Source: Candidatus Woesebacteria bacterium RBG_13_46_13
GTDB taxonomy: Bacteria > Patescibacteriota > Microgenomatia > UBA8517
Direction: 5' to 3'
Assembly (NCBI GenBank): GCA_001791995.1
Contig: MGFR01000001.1
Coordinates: 242,638-306,637 of the forward strand
DNA length: 64,000 nt
Under the pieces are notes generated by a model, which had not been told where the DNA came from, made no database searches, and worked only from the letters and a program-made list of their open reading frames with translations. The position numbers were made by a program, and so were the translations under genes. This document shows, piece after piece, positions 26,632 to 36,377 of this stretch. How positions within the stretch are numbered: the first letter of the stretch is position 1; each line of letters begins with the position of its first letter.

Positions 26632-29049
26632 ATGATTGAAGAAGCAACAGTGATCAGACGGGTGCCGATAGTTGCGGTCAGGGGTTCCGTAATTTTTCCC
26701 CATACGGATACGCTTTTGTCTTTCGGCAGACCCAAATCCACAGCCGCCATCAATACCGCTTTCCAGGAAGACAGGGTGATAGCAATATTTACCCAGAAAG
26801 ACGCTAGAACCAGTGACCCGATGGAGGAGGATCTTTATAAAGTCGGGACCATTGCCACTATTACGCAGATGATGTCCACCGAAGGGGAGATTCATGCCCT
26901 GGTGCGGGGACAGGCAAGGATCAAAATAGAAGAGATAATCTCCAGCGAGCCATATCTTCTGGGTAAGGTCATCGAGCTTAAAGAGGAAGAAGGGGAGGCC
27001 GATGAGGTCAAAGCTTTGGCCAGTCAGCTCGCGGATCTATTTAAAAAAGCCATAAATTTAGGTAAACAGGCGGAGATTATGGCCGTGATGCGGCTTATTT
27101 CCGGTCCGGTTGAGCCGATGGAGCTGGTCGATCAGGTTGCGGCCCTCTTGGAGGTCAAAACCGTTGAAAAACAGAAGCTTCTGGAAACCCTTTCGGTCAA
27201 GAAAAGAATGCAAAGGGTCTTGGAGCTTATTGCCAAAGAGGTCAATATCTTGGATTTGGAAAGGACCATCTCCAGCAAAACCCAGCAAAGATTCGAGGAT
27301 CAGATGCGCAAAGCCATGCTCAGGGAGAAGAAAAGAACAATCGAAGAGGAGCTCGGTGAGGAAGAAGGCGAGCTTTCCTCCGATGAGGCCAAGGAATACA
27401 AGGAAAAGATAGTCGAGGCCAAGATGCCCAAGGATGTCCGCGAAAAGGCGGAAAAAGAGCTCAAAAAACTAATCCAGCTTTCTCCCCATAATCCCGAGGG
27501 AGGTTATATCCGAAACTACCTCGACTGGTTGGTCGATATGCCCTGGGCCAAGCTTACCCCGAATAATGTCTCCATCAAAAATGCCGCCAAAATTCTTGAG
27601 GATAGGCATTACGGCATGAAGAAAGCCAAAGAAAGAATCCTCGAGTTTTTGGCCGTCATGAAGATTAAGCAAGCCGTTAAGGGCAAGGGAAACAATGAGA
27701 GTCAGCCGACAATTCTCTGCTTTATCGGACCTCCCGGAGTAGGTAAGACCTCAATCGGCAAATCCATAGCCGAGGCATTGGGTAGAAAGTTTGTCAGGGT
27801 TTCTTTGGGAGGAATCAGAGACGAGGCGGAGATAAGAGGCCACAGGCGCACTTATGTTGGTGCCCTTCCGGGAAGAATAATCCAGGGAATCAAAAACGCC
27901 GGTACAAAAAATCCGGTCTTTATGCTGGACGAGATAGACAAAATCGGGGTTGACTTCAGGGGAGACCCCTCAAGTGCTCTTCTGGAAGCACTGGATCCCG
28001 AACAGAACAGGGAATTCTCCGACCACTATTTGGAGGTTCCTTTCGATTTGTCCGAGGTGATGTTTATCGCCACCGGCAACATGCTGGATACAATCCCGCC
28101 CGCCTTAAAAGACAGAATGGAGATTATCGGTTTTCCGGGCTACACCGAGGAAGAAAAATTGCATATCGCCAAGGATTTCCTTTGGCCAAAACAGGTCAGG
28201 CTGCACGGATTGGAAAGCAAGAAAATGGTGCTTGCCAAGGCGGCTATGTCCGAAATTGTCAACCGCTATACCCGGGAAGCCGGGGTTCGCGAGCTGGAAA
28301 GAAACCTGGCCTCGATCTGCCGCAAGGTGGCCAGAATGGTTGCCGAAGGCAAAAAGCCTACCAAGAAAATAGGGGTGGAGGATATCCATAAATTCCTAGG
28401 CCCACAGAAATTCTCTTCCTTAATTGCCGAGAAACAGGACGAAGTGGGAATGAGCACCGGCCTGGCGGTAACCGCAACCGGAGGAGAAATTCTCTTTATC
28501 GAAGTTGCCTTAATGCCGGGTAAGGGAAAGCTCACCCTGACCGGACAGCTGGGAGAGGTTATGCAGGAATCGGCCAAGGCGGCCTTCACCTGGGCCAAAG
28601 CCCACTTCGATATGCTGGGGCTTAAAAGTAATTTCGGACAAGATATCGATGTCCATATTCATGTTCCCGAAGGCGCTGTTCCCAAAGACGGGCCGTCGGC
28701 AGGCAATGCGATAACCACAGCCCTAGTTTCGGCCTTAACGGGGATACCGGTCAAGAGAAACGTGGGAATGACAGGGGAGATTACCTTAAGAGGTAGAGTT
28801 TTGGAGATCGGCGGAGTAAAAGAGAAGGTAATTGCGGGCCACAGGGCTGGGCTTAAGACGATAATTCTTCCCAAAGACAACAAGAAGGATTTGGAAGATA
28901 TCCCCGAGGCAGTCAAGAAGGATATTAAATTTGTCTATGTTTCAAGAATCGAGGAAGTGCTTTCAACCGCGATGAAAGCCTGGCCACCGAAAGGGACGGT
29001 CAATCAGAAAAAGTTCACCCCGATTCCCACCCTGCTTGCCGCAAATTAG
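26632..29049 (+). CDS. lon: Lon protease
   Basis: GPPGVGKTS, RGHRRTYVGALPG, LDEIDK, PKDGPSAG, GGVKEK. Confidence 0.98.
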   Translation: MIEEATVIRRVPIVAVRGSVIFPHTDTLLSFGRPKSTAAINTAFQEDRVIAIFTQKDARTSDPMEEDLYKVGTIATITQMMSTEGEIHALVRGQARIKIEEIISSEPYLLGKVIELKEEEGEADEVKALASQLADLFKKAINLGKQAEIMAVMRLISGPVEPMELVDQVAALLEVKTVEKQKLLETLSVKKRMQRVLELIAKEVNILDLERTISSKTQQRFEDQMRKAMLREKKRTIEEELGEEEGELSSDEAKEYKEKIVEAKMPKDVREKAEKELKKLIQLSPHNPEGGYIRNYLDWLVDMPWAKLTPNNVSIKNAAKILEDRHYGMKKAKERILEFLAVMKIKQAVKGKGNNESQPTILCFIGPPGVGKTSIGKSIAEALGRKFVRVSLGGIRDEAEIRGHRRTYVGALPGRIIQGIKNAGTKNPVFMLDEIDKIGVDFRGDPSSALLEALDPEQNREFSDHYLEVPFDLSEVMFIATGNMLDTIPPALKDRMEIIGFPGYTEEEKLHIAKDFLWPKQVRLHGLESKKMVLAKAAMSEIVNRYTREAGVRELERNLASICRKVARMVAEGKKPTKKIGVEDIHKFLGPQKFSSLIAEKQDEVGMSTGLAVTATGGEILFIEVALMPGKGKLTLTGQLGEVMQESAKAAFTWAKAHFDMLGLKSNFGQDIDVHIHVPEGAVPKDGPSAGNAITTALVSALTGIPVKRNVGMTGEITLRGRVLEIGGVKEKVIAGHRAGLKTIILPKDNKKDLEDIPEAVKKDIKFVYVSRIEEVLSTAMKAWPPKGTVNQKKFTPIPTLLAAN

Positions 29050-29086
29050 TTTTTTAGCCTCAAACCTGATAGAATAACCCTACCGC

Positions 29087-29159
29087 GGCCCCATCGTCTA
29101 GCGGTCTAGGACACTAGGTTCTCATCCTAGAAACCTGGGTTCGAGTCCCAGTGGGGTCA
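29087..29159 (+). tRNA. tRNA-Glu(CTC), CCA not encoded
   Basis: GGCCCCA..CTAGG-TTCTCAT-CCTAG..GGTTCGAGTCC..TGGGGTCA; TAGAAT at 29070-29075. Confidence 0.95.
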
Positions 29160-29444
29160 CACATTTGGATTCTGCAGAATTTTTATGGCTTTACCGAGGA
29201 CAATAGCTTCCGCAATTTTTTTGTGAGCACTGCCTATTACTCGGGCGAATGTGGGCTGAGAAATTTTCATTTTCTCCGCCGAGCCAATTTGATCTAATCC
29301 ATCAACTTCATATAACTTCAAGGCCTCAAGCTCATCTGGCTCAAGAACTACTTCTTCTAGGAAACGCAAAGGAACCCCCCGAGGTTTGAAGTAGTAAACA
29401 TCAGGATTATACCGAAGTCTGCGGGGAATTTTTGGTCTTGGCAT
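29157..29444 (-). CDS. DUF134 DNA-binding protein
   Basis: MPRPK..YFKPRG..ELEALKL..MKISQPTFAR..KKIAEAIVLGKAIKI. Confidence 0.92.
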   Translation of the reverse strand: MPRPKIPRRLRYNPDVYYFKPRGVPLRFLEEVVLEPDELEALKLYEVDGLDQIGSAEKMKISQPTFARVIGSAHKKIAEAIVLGKAIKILQNPNV

Positions 29445-29460
29445 AGGGATCTCCTTAACC

Positions 29461-29703
29461 TTACTTACTTAGTTCTTCCTCTTCCTTTTTTACATCCTCA
29501 AGTTCTTCTTCGAGAGCCTTTTTATAATCGGCAAGAACTTTTCTTTGGTCCTGCCTATCCTGCGGCCACGCCCAACGAAAATATCTACCCAAACCCCTAT
29601 TGTGATGGTGCAAGTGAGCTGGTCCGAAACCAAAACAAGGACCAAATCCTCTTCCGGTACCCGGTCCCATTCCCATCGGTCCTGCTCCGTCAAATTTTGG
29701 CAT
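29461..29703 (-). CDS. DUF5320 family protein
   Basis: MPKFDGAGPMGMGPGTGRGFGPC, C-terminal coiled coil; SD GGAGG upstream. Confidence 0.85.
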   Translation of the reverse strand: MPKFDGAGPMGMGPGTGRGFGPCFGFGPAHLHHHNRGLGRYFRWAWPQDRQDQRKVLADYKKALEEELEDVKKEEEELSK

Positions 29704-29730
29704 ATTTCTCACCCCCTCCGTAAGTAATAA

Positions 29731-29772
29731 TGAATACTTATTCAGTATATGAGGTGTTTTGGGCTTTGTCAA
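29731..29772 (-). promoter_or_regulatory. sigma70 promoter with palindromic operator
   Basis: TTGACA(29772-29767)-17 nt-TATACT(29749-29744); TGAATA-CT-TATTCA at 29731-29744. Confidence 0.75.
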
Positions 29773-29910
29773 CAAATGCGGACAAAATTGAAGTTCGAGG
29801 AATCTTCCCACAAATCTCTCAATACAGCCACAAATCTACTAATCTGAAAGTTCGGGTAACGTAATCGTGGGTCACCGGATACCTTTTCTGCAAAAATTGG
29901 TTTCAAGGAG

Positions 29911-29989
29911 TAGAATATAGTTACTTGCCCGAGATATCGGGCATTTTTGTGCACCTTGACAATCCCGTCACAGATTCGCCACAAGGAGG
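29911..29989 (+). promoter_or_regulatory. Unit 3 leader: -10, hairpin, boxA-like, 5' arm, SD
   Basis: TAGAAT 29911; TGCCCGA-GATA-TCGGGCA 29926-29943; GCACCTTGACAA 29951-29962; AAGGAGG 29983-29989. Confidence 0.75.
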
Positions 29990-29994
29990 GCGAG

Positions 29995-30489
29995 ATGAAG
30001 AAAGAATGGCTCTATTATGTGCCGATCGTACTCTACGGGGTCATCTGGTTCTGGATCTTTTCGGCAAGCGCCAGGGCTGGGTGTAGCGAAAACGATCCCA
30101 TGGTGGGACTTTCGGGCCTGTGTCTGGCGCGGCGCATTGCGGGCATGAGCTGTTTTGCGATCTATCTCGGCGTCTGGACCTTCCTCGGTATCCATGTTGC
30201 CATGGGCAAGGGCCGGAATCCCATCATGGGCGCCATTGTGGGATTTACGCTGCAGTTCATGGGCTGTCTCGGTATGATGATGATGGAGCCCAGGCGGGAC
30301 AACGCAGGGCAGATGATGCACTGGAATGAGTACAAGCATCTGACGAAGGAGCAACGCGAAGCCATTCGTCCCGTGAAGGTTCCGGACACTCCTCAAGACA
30401 AAAGGAGGAAAAAGATCGTTATCGCGATCGCCATTTTCACCGTCCTGGTGATGGTATTCCAAGTTCTGAAAAACCTGGGGAAAATCTGA
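29995..30489 (+). CDS. Hypothetical multi-TM membrane protein
   Basis: ATG 5 nt after AAGGAGG; about four TMs; AMGKGRNPIMGAIVGF. Confidence 0.75.
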   Translation: MKKEWLYYVPIVLYGVIWFWIFSASARAGCSENDPMVGLSGLCLARRIAGMSCFAIYLGVWTFLGIHVAMGKGRNPIMGAIVGFTLQFMGCLGMMMMEPRRDNAGQMMHWNEYKHLTKEQREAIRPVKVPDTPQDKRRKKIVIAIAIFTVLVMVFQVLKNLGKI

Positions 30490-30545
30490 TGACAAGGTGC
30501 GGGGGCACATACCTGACGCAAGTTAAGGGTGTGCCCTCTTTTTAT
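30483..30545 (+). terminator. Unit 3 trailer arm plus terminator
   Basis: AATCTGATGAC-AAGGTGC pairs with leader GCACCTT and GTCACAGATT; then GGGGGCACAT..GTGTGCCCTC stem with GCAA loop and T tract. Confidence 0.8.
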
Positions 30546-30564
30546 GCGCGCTAGGCACATTTTC

Positions 30565-30645
30565 TTGACAAAAAGGTTTAAGCAGTCTAAAATTCTCTTT
30601 CAGTTGGTAAATTCTACTCTTTCCCCCGCAAGGGGATATTTTTTT
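30565..30645 (+). promoter_or_regulatory. greA promoter and leader hairpin-U tract
   Basis: TTGACA(30565)-17 nt-TAAAAT(30588); CCCC-GCAA-GGGG then ATATTTTTTT. Confidence 0.6.
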
Positions 30646-30675
30646 ACCACACACGGCCGAAAATCGGCGAAAAAT

Positions 30676-31137
30676 ATGGCAAAACAGGTTCAAATGACGA
30701 AGGAAGGCATCGAGACCTTAAGAAAAGAGCTTGACGAGTTGGTCAATGACAAAAGACCAAAACTTGTCGAGCGGCTTGCCAATGCCAGACAGCAGGGAGA
30801 CCTAACCGAAAACAGCGATTATGCCAACGCCAAGGAAGAACTGGAATTTCTCGATGGCAGAATTGATGAGCTGGAAGACGTTCTTAAAACTGCAACCGTG
30901 GTTAAGGCCAACGGCAAAGCACAGGGTGTAGATATCGGTGCGAGGGTTACGGTTAAGGTCAACGGGGACAGACATATTTTTGATATCGTCGGCGAATGGG
31001 AAGCGGACCCGGTCAACAAGAAAATTTCTCCGGAATCTCCTTTGGGACAGGCTTTGGTCGGCAAAAGAGTGGGAGATAAAGTCGAAGTTGAAGCTCCGGC
31101 AGGAAAACTCAAGTACGAAATCCTCGCAATCGAGTAA
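30676..31137 (+). CDS. greA: Transcription elongation factor GreA
   Basis: QGDLTENSDY..AKEE, KISPESPLGQALVGK. Confidence 0.96.
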   Translation: MAKQVQMTKEGIETLRKELDELVNDKRPKLVERLANARQQGDLTENSDYANAKEELEFLDGRIDELEDVLKTATVVKANGKAQGVDIGARVTVKVNGDRHIFDIVGEWEADPVNKKISPESPLGQALVGKRVGDKVEVEAPAGKLKYEILAIE

Positions 31138-31161
31138 CCCCTTTGCTACAATAGCCTCAAG

Positions 31162-32733
31162 GTGTATTGGGCAGACAAGATAGCCAAAGAGATTATCGCT
31201 TCGGGAAAATATAAACCCTTCTGGGTTGATGATATGAAGACTCCCTCGGGTTTTGCCCACGTAGGCTCCCTAAGGGGTCCTCTTATCCACAGCGTCATCT
31301 TCAGAGCCATGAAGGATGCCAGTAAAGGAAAGGTCGTCTATACCTTTGTTTTTAACGATTTTGACCCGGCCGATGAGCTTCCCCCGGAGTTTAAAGACGG
31401 GCTTTCCCAATATCTGGGTTTCCCTTTAAAGAAAGTTCCCTCTCCAAAAAAGGAATTCGCAAACCTCGGTGATCTTTTGGTCGATGATTTGAGAAAAACC
31501 ATGGAGGCCTTGGGGGTTGAAGCGGAGTTTCTTTCTTCCTGGGAGCTTTACCACGAAGGAAAATTTGATGCGGTGATAAGAGAGGCTCTGGATAGTGCCG
31601 AAAAAATTCAGGACATTTATCAGAAAGTCTCGGGAAGTAAAAAAAGAGAGAAAGGCTGGTTGCCATTTCAGGTTATTTGCGAGGGCTGCGGCAAGCTCGG
31701 CACGACCAGGGTTTTTGCCTGGGACGGCAAGGAAGTTTCCTATAAATGTGAACCCAATCTGGTTACCTGGGCCAAAGGATGCGGACACGAAGGGAAAATT
31801 AGCCCCTTCGGAGGCAACGGCAAGCTTCCCTGGAAAGTCGATTGGGCCGCCCACTGGAAAGTAGTGGGGGTAACGATAGAGGGTGCAGGCAAAGACCATG
31901 CATCCGCCGGGGGTTCGTACGATATTGCTATGACCCTTTGCGACGAAGTATTTCACTACCCCCGGCCCTATAAATTGCCTTACGAGTTTTTCCTGATAGG
32001 GGGAAGGAAGATGTCTTCCTCAAAGGGCTTGGGACTTAAAGCCCACGATTTGGTTAAAATTCTGCCTCCCGAGTTGGGGAGATTTCTTTTCACCCGGACC
32101 GACTACAGGCAGCAGATTAACTTTGACCCCATGGAAACGATGGCGATTCCCGACCTTTTTGACGAATACGATAAGTGCTGGCAAGCCTATATCGAGGGGT
32201 CCGATGAGGATTTAGCCAGAGCCTTTGAACTGGCTCAGATAAAAAGCGTTCCGGAGAAAACTTCCATGTTTTTACCCCGCTTCAGAGAGGTTGCGCAGGT
32301 AATACAAATGCCCAATACGGAGCCTGAAACCTATTTTGCAGAGAAAAAGGGAGAGAAGTTGGAAAATACAGAGGATGAGATTCTTAAAGAGAGAATCATA
32401 TATGCAAAAGTCTGGGTCGAGCAGTATGCTCCAGAGACAGAAAGATTTAAGGTCGAAACCCACACGAAAACAATTTCTACCCAAGCCCATATCGTCGAGT
32501 CGGATCAAGTGTTTTTCTCAAAGCTGGTAAAGGCTATCCAAGAAGAAAAAACACCCGATGGGCTGGAGAAAACCCTTTACACAATCATCAAGGAATCAGG
32601 ATTTACCCCCAAAGAGGCTTTTGTAAAAATCTACCGGGTGCTAATCGGCAAGGATTACGGACCCAAGGCCGCCTGGCTTATCTGGGAGAGTAAAGAGAAA
32701 GCACTTACCCTTTTTAAGGAGGTTTCAAAGTGA
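31162..32733 (+). CDS. lysS: Lysine--tRNA ligase, class I
   Basis: YWAD, TPSGFAHVGS, GKLPWKVDWAAHW, GKDH, KMSSSKG. Confidence 0.95.
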   Translation: MYWADKIAKEIIASGKYKPFWVDDMKTPSGFAHVGSLRGPLIHSVIFRAMKDASKGKVVYTFVFNDFDPADELPPEFKDGLSQYLGFPLKKVPSPKKEFANLGDLLVDDLRKTMEALGVEAEFLSSWELYHEGKFDAVIREALDSAEKIQDIYQKVSGSKKREKGWLPFQVICEGCGKLGTTRVFAWDGKEVSYKCEPNLVTWAKGCGHEGKISPFGGNGKLPWKVDWAAHWKVVGVTIEGAGKDHASAGGSYDIAMTLCDEVFHYPRPYKLPYEFFLIGGRKMSSSKGLGLKAHDLVKILPPELGRFLFTRTDYRQQINFDPMETMAIPDLFDEYDKCWQAYIEGSDEDLARAFELAQIKSVPEKTSMFLPRFREVAQVIQMPNTEPETYFAEKKGEKLENTEDEILKERIIYAKVWVEQYAPETERFKVETHTKTISTQAHIVESDQVFFSKLVKAIQEEKTPDGLEKTLYTIIKESGFTPKEAFVKIYRVLIGKDYGPKAAWLIWESKEKALTLFKEVSK

Positions 32734-33320
32734 TTACGCGAGAGCAAGCTCTAAAACTTCTTCACGACAATATGGATTCTGCCAATTTAAGACGGCATTG
32801 CTATTCTGTCGAGGCGGTAATGAAAGCTTTGGCGAAGTATTTCAAGCAGGACGAGGCCAAATGGGCAGTTGTGGGACTTTTGCACGACAGTGATTACGAA
32901 AAAACAAAAGACACTCCGGAAAAGCACACTCTTCTGACCGTGGAATGGTTGAAGGAGGCAGGGGAGGGCGACCCGGAAATTATTTCCGCGATTCTTTCCC
33001 ATAACTACGCGCATTTGGTCGAGCCGGATATAGGCAACAGTACCGCCAAGGCTCCGGCAAACGAAATGGAATGGTCGCTTTATTGCTGCGACGAACTCAC
33101 CGGTCTTATCGTTGCCGTTGCCCTAGTCAAACCGGACAAGACTTTGGCGTCAGTTACCGTAGATTCCGTAATGAACAAATGGAAGGAGAAAAGCTTTGCC
33201 GCGGGGGTAAAAAGGGAACAGATAGAAAAGTGTGAGGAAAAACTTAATATTCCTTTAAGGGAATTTGTTGGAATTGCCTTAGAGGCGATGCAGGGAATTT
33301 CTGTGGATTTAGGATTATAA
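32730..33320 (+). CDS. HDIG-domain hydrolase
   Basis: RHC..VEAVM, GLLHDSDYE, DELTGLI, KSFAAGVKRE. Confidence 0.9.
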   Translation: MITREQALKLLHDNMDSANLRRHCYSVEAVMKALAKYFKQDEAKWAVVGLLHDSDYEKTKDTPEKHTLLTVEWLKEAGEGDPEIISAILSHNYAHLVEPDIGNSTAKAPANEMEWSLYCCDELTGLIVAVALVKPDKTLASVTVDSVMNKWKEKSFAAGVKREQIEKCEEKLNIPLREFVGIALEAMQGISVDLGL

Positions 33321-33327
33321 TCTGATT

Positions 33328-34560
33328 ATGTTAGATATCACTTTTGTCCGAGAAAACAAGCAAAAAGTTAAAGACGGAGTTGCCGCAAAACAGCTTGATC
33401 CCAAGATAGTTGATGAGGTTTTGTCTCTGGATGAAAAAAGGAGAAAGCTGATCGGCCAAATTGAGGAGTTGCGTGCAAAAAGGAATAAGGCGGCTGGAGA
33501 AAAGGATATAGCAGCGGGTAAGGCAATTAAAGAAGAGTTAAAAGATAAGGAACCAGAGCTTACGAAGATAGAGGCGGAATACAAAAAGACTTTGTCGGAA
33601 ATTCCCAATCTTCCGGCTGAAGATGTCAAAGAAGGCAAAGACGAGAGGGAAAATGAAGTGGTTAGAAAATGGGGCGAGGTTAAAAAACACGGCTTTACAC
33701 CCAAAGACCACCTGGCCCTCGGTGAGGCTTTGGGGATTATCGACATTGAGAGAGCTTCAAAGGTTTCCGGTGCACGCTTTGCCTACCTGAAAGGCGATGC
33801 GGTTCGGCTGGAATTCGCCCTGATTCAGTTTGCCCTCGAAACACTCTGTGCCCAAGGCTTTATCCCGGTTGTTCCGCCAGTTCTCATCAAGAAAGACATG
33901 ATGGGAGGAATGGGTTATTTGGAGCACGGCGGAGAAGAGGATATGTATGTTTTCGACAAAGACGGACTGGTTTTGGTTGGAACCTCGGAGCAATCCCTTG
34001 GTCCGATGCATGCTGGGGAAGTCTTTGACGGCAAGACCCTGCCGGCCCGTTATGTCGGATTTTCTTCCTGTTTCAGGCGCGAATCCGGCTCCTACGGAAA
34101 AGACACACGGGGAATCTTAAGGGTTCATCAGTTCGATAAAGTCGAAATGTTTTCATTCATCCTGCCGGAAGATTCCGACAAAGAGCATGAATATCTCTTG
34201 GGTCTGGAAGAGAAATTCCTGCAAGCTTTGGAAATTCCATATCAGGTTGTAAAAATGTGCTCCGGCGATTTGGGTGCACCGGCCGCCAGGAAGTACGATT
34301 TGGAAGCTTGGATGCCAGGACAGGATACCTACCGTGAAGTCACCTCCACCTCAACAACAACGGATTATCAGGCCAGACGCCTAAACATCAAATATAAAGA
34401 GGGGGATAAAGGGGGGTATGTGCATACCCTAAACGGAACAGCTTTTGCCATCGGCCGAACAATTATTGCCATATTGGAAAATTACCAGGAGAAAGACGGC
34501 TCGGTTGTCGTTCCCGAAGTTCTCCGCAAGTGGGTAGGGAAGGATAAAATTACTGCCTAA
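33328..34560 (+). CDS. serS: Serine--tRNA ligase
   Basis: MLDI, GTSEQ, CFRRESGSYGKDTRG, HQFDKVE, HTLNGT. Confidence 0.97.
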   Translation: MLDITFVRENKQKVKDGVAAKQLDPKIVDEVLSLDEKRRKLIGQIEELRAKRNKAAGEKDIAAGKAIKEELKDKEPELTKIEAEYKKTLSEIPNLPAEDVKEGKDERENEVVRKWGEVKKHGFTPKDHLALGEALGIIDIERASKVSGARFAYLKGDAVRLEFALIQFALETLCAQGFIPVVPPVLIKKDMMGGMGYLEHGGEEDMYVFDKDGLVLVGTSEQSLGPMHAGEVFDGKTLPARYVGFSSCFRRESGSYGKDTRGILRVHQFDKVEMFSFILPEDSDKEHEYLLGLEEKFLQALEIPYQVVKMCSGDLGAPAARKYDLEAWMPGQDTYREVTSTSTTTDYQARRLNIKYKEGDKGGYVHTLNGTAFAIGRTIIAILENYQEKDGSVVVPEVLRKWVGKDKITA

Positions 34561-34568
34561 GTCTAATT

Positions 34569-35144
34569 ATGGTTGAGGCGAAATTCAGAATTTCCCCGCC
34601 CGAACGAAAAAATCTTGAAGATAAGTTCTTCGCAATGTTGTTTTTGCCGAAGTTTCAGGAAGCCCTTACGGCATGTGCAGAAAAAACAACAGAGACAGGG
34701 CTAGAGACGGGATTTGAAGTAGTTTCTTACCCCAAAGAGCCCTTTTGGATAGAAGATGTCAGGGTTGGAGGGGTCGACGGAATGGCAATGTCCAGGGTTT
34801 TTAAAGAAATAGACGGGGAAGGAGAGCAGGGATATAAATTCGGCGAGTATTTCCATTTCCATTTTCATCCGGGAAGCAAAGACCTGGCCATTCCTTCCCC
34901 TGACGACCTTAAGGCCTTTCAGGATAAAGTAGATCAACCCCAATACATGGGAGTCGGCAGTGTGGACGATGACGGGAAAATAACCATTTTTGTCATTAAA
35001 AAACCGCAATACCGGCTAATCGGATACGATATGCAGTATTACGAAGAACAAGTTGACGGAGTGGGTAGCTACGGAGAACTCCAAGAACTTCTGCAAACAA
35101 TTTCGCTGACCGGTTTTGTTGTTGAGGTGAAAACTACTTCTTAG
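34569..35144 (+). CDS. Hypothetical protein with JAB/MPN-like motif
   Basis: ETGF...HFHP..IPSPDDL matches E-xn-HxH-x8-S-xx-D. Confidence 0.55.
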   Translation: MVEAKFRISPPERKNLEDKFFAMLFLPKFQEALTACAEKTTETGLETGFEVVSYPKEPFWIEDVRVGGVDGMAMSRVFKEIDGEGEQGYKFGEYFHFHFHPGSKDLAIPSPDDLKAFQDKVDQPQYMGVGSVDDDGKITIFVIKKPQYRLIGYDMQYYEEQVDGVGSYGELQELLQTISLTGFVVEVKTTS

Positions 35145-36291
35145 AATAGTATTTTTTACCGGTTAGCTTTTCCGGCAGATAGCTTTCCGTATCGTATTTT
35201 TCGTAGCCTTCCCCGTAGCCAACTTCCTTCATCAGTTTGGTTACCGGATTTCTGATTTTTAAAGGAACCGGAAGGTTTCCGTGCTTCCTGACATCGGAAA
35301 GCGCAGCCATATAGGCGTTATAGGCGGAGCGGTCTTTTTTGGCCAGGGCGAGGTAAACCACTCCCGCCGCCAAATTTTCCTGACATTCGGGAAATCCGAT
35401 TGTGTCGCAGGCCCTGAAGACCTCATTGGCAACAACCAATGCGGTTGGAGAGGCAACATCTTCTGAGGCAAAAACCACCATCCTTCTGGCGATATACAAA
35501 GGGTCCTGCCCGGCCTCAACCATTCTGGCCAGATAATAAAGTGCGGCATCAACGTCGGAAGCCCTCATGCTTTTAATAAAAGCCGAGATAACGTTGTAGT
35601 AATCTTCTCCTTTTTTGTCGAAGGTGTATTGCCGTTTCTGCAGGGCCTGTTCAATTGTCTGCAGGGAAAGTTTTTTGGATTTGGAAAGATTGGAGGCAAT
35701 CTCGAGAACCACCAGGGCTACCCTGGCATCACCGTTTGAGCTTTCGAGCAAGAATTTTCTGGTTTTCTCGTCGAGTTTTACTTTCAAATGTTTTTCTCCT
35801 CGTCTGACGATTGTTGCCAGTTCTTTTTCGGTCAGCTGGTTTAAAAGCAGAACGCGGGTTCTGGATAGCAAAGGGCCGATTACCTCAAACGAAGGGTTTT
35901 CGGTGGTGGCACCTATTAAGGTAATGTCTCCTCTTTCCACAAACGGCAGCAGTTTAGCCTGTTGGGCTTTGTTGAATCGGTGGATTTCGTCGATGACCAA
36001 AACCGGAGGAAAAAGGTTTTTCTGCTTCATAATCTTTTCGATATCTTTAATCGAAGTTGAAACCGCGGAGAATTCAAAGTATTCTCTTTTAAGCTCGGTG
36101 GCGATGATTCGTGCAAGAGTAGTTTTTCCGCTTCCCGGAGGCCCCCAAAAAATAAGAGAAGGGAAAAATCCTTCCTTCTTGGCCGATAAAAGCAGTTTGG
36201 TAATTACTCCGTCTTTACCTACCAGGTGGGTCTGCCCCACAAAACCGGACAACTTTTTGGGTCTTAAAAGTTCGGGAAGAGGAAGATTCAT
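35134..36291 (-). CDS. rarA: Replication-associated recombination protein A (MgsA/RarA)
   Basis: GPPGSGKTT, DEIHRFNKAQQ, GATTENPSF, SAFIKSMR, FASEDV. Confidence 0.96.
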   Translation of the reverse strand: MNLPLPELLRPKKLSGFVGQTHLVGKDGVITKLLLSAKKEGFFPSLIFWGPPGSGKTTLARIIATELKREYFEFSAVSTSIKDIEKIMKQKNLFPPVLVIDEIHRFNKAQQAKLLPFVERGDITLIGATTENPSFEVIGPLLSRTRVLLLNQLTEKELATIVRRGEKHLKVKLDEKTRKFLLESSNGDARVALVVLEIASNLSKSKKLSLQTIEQALQKRQYTFDKKGEDYYNVISAFIKSMRASDVDAALYYLARMVEAGQDPLYIARRMVVFASEDVASPTALVVANEVFRACDTIGFPECQENLAAGVVYLALAKKDRSAYNAYMAALSDVRKHGNLPVPLKIRNPVTKLMKEVGYGEGYEKYDTESYLPEKLTGKKYYSKK

Positions 36292-36377
36292 CGTCCGCAC
36301 ATTTTATACCCAAACAAAATCCGAAGTAAAGAGCTGGTAGATTTACGAACTGGGTATTAAGCTTTAAGATATCGCTA

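Noticed and set aside
30529-30675. Upstream extensions of greA (likewise galE, tsaB, 53635, 57819, 29947, 29811)
   Set aside because: They overlap promoters, terminators or upstream genes; downstream ATGs fit family N-termini or SD sites.
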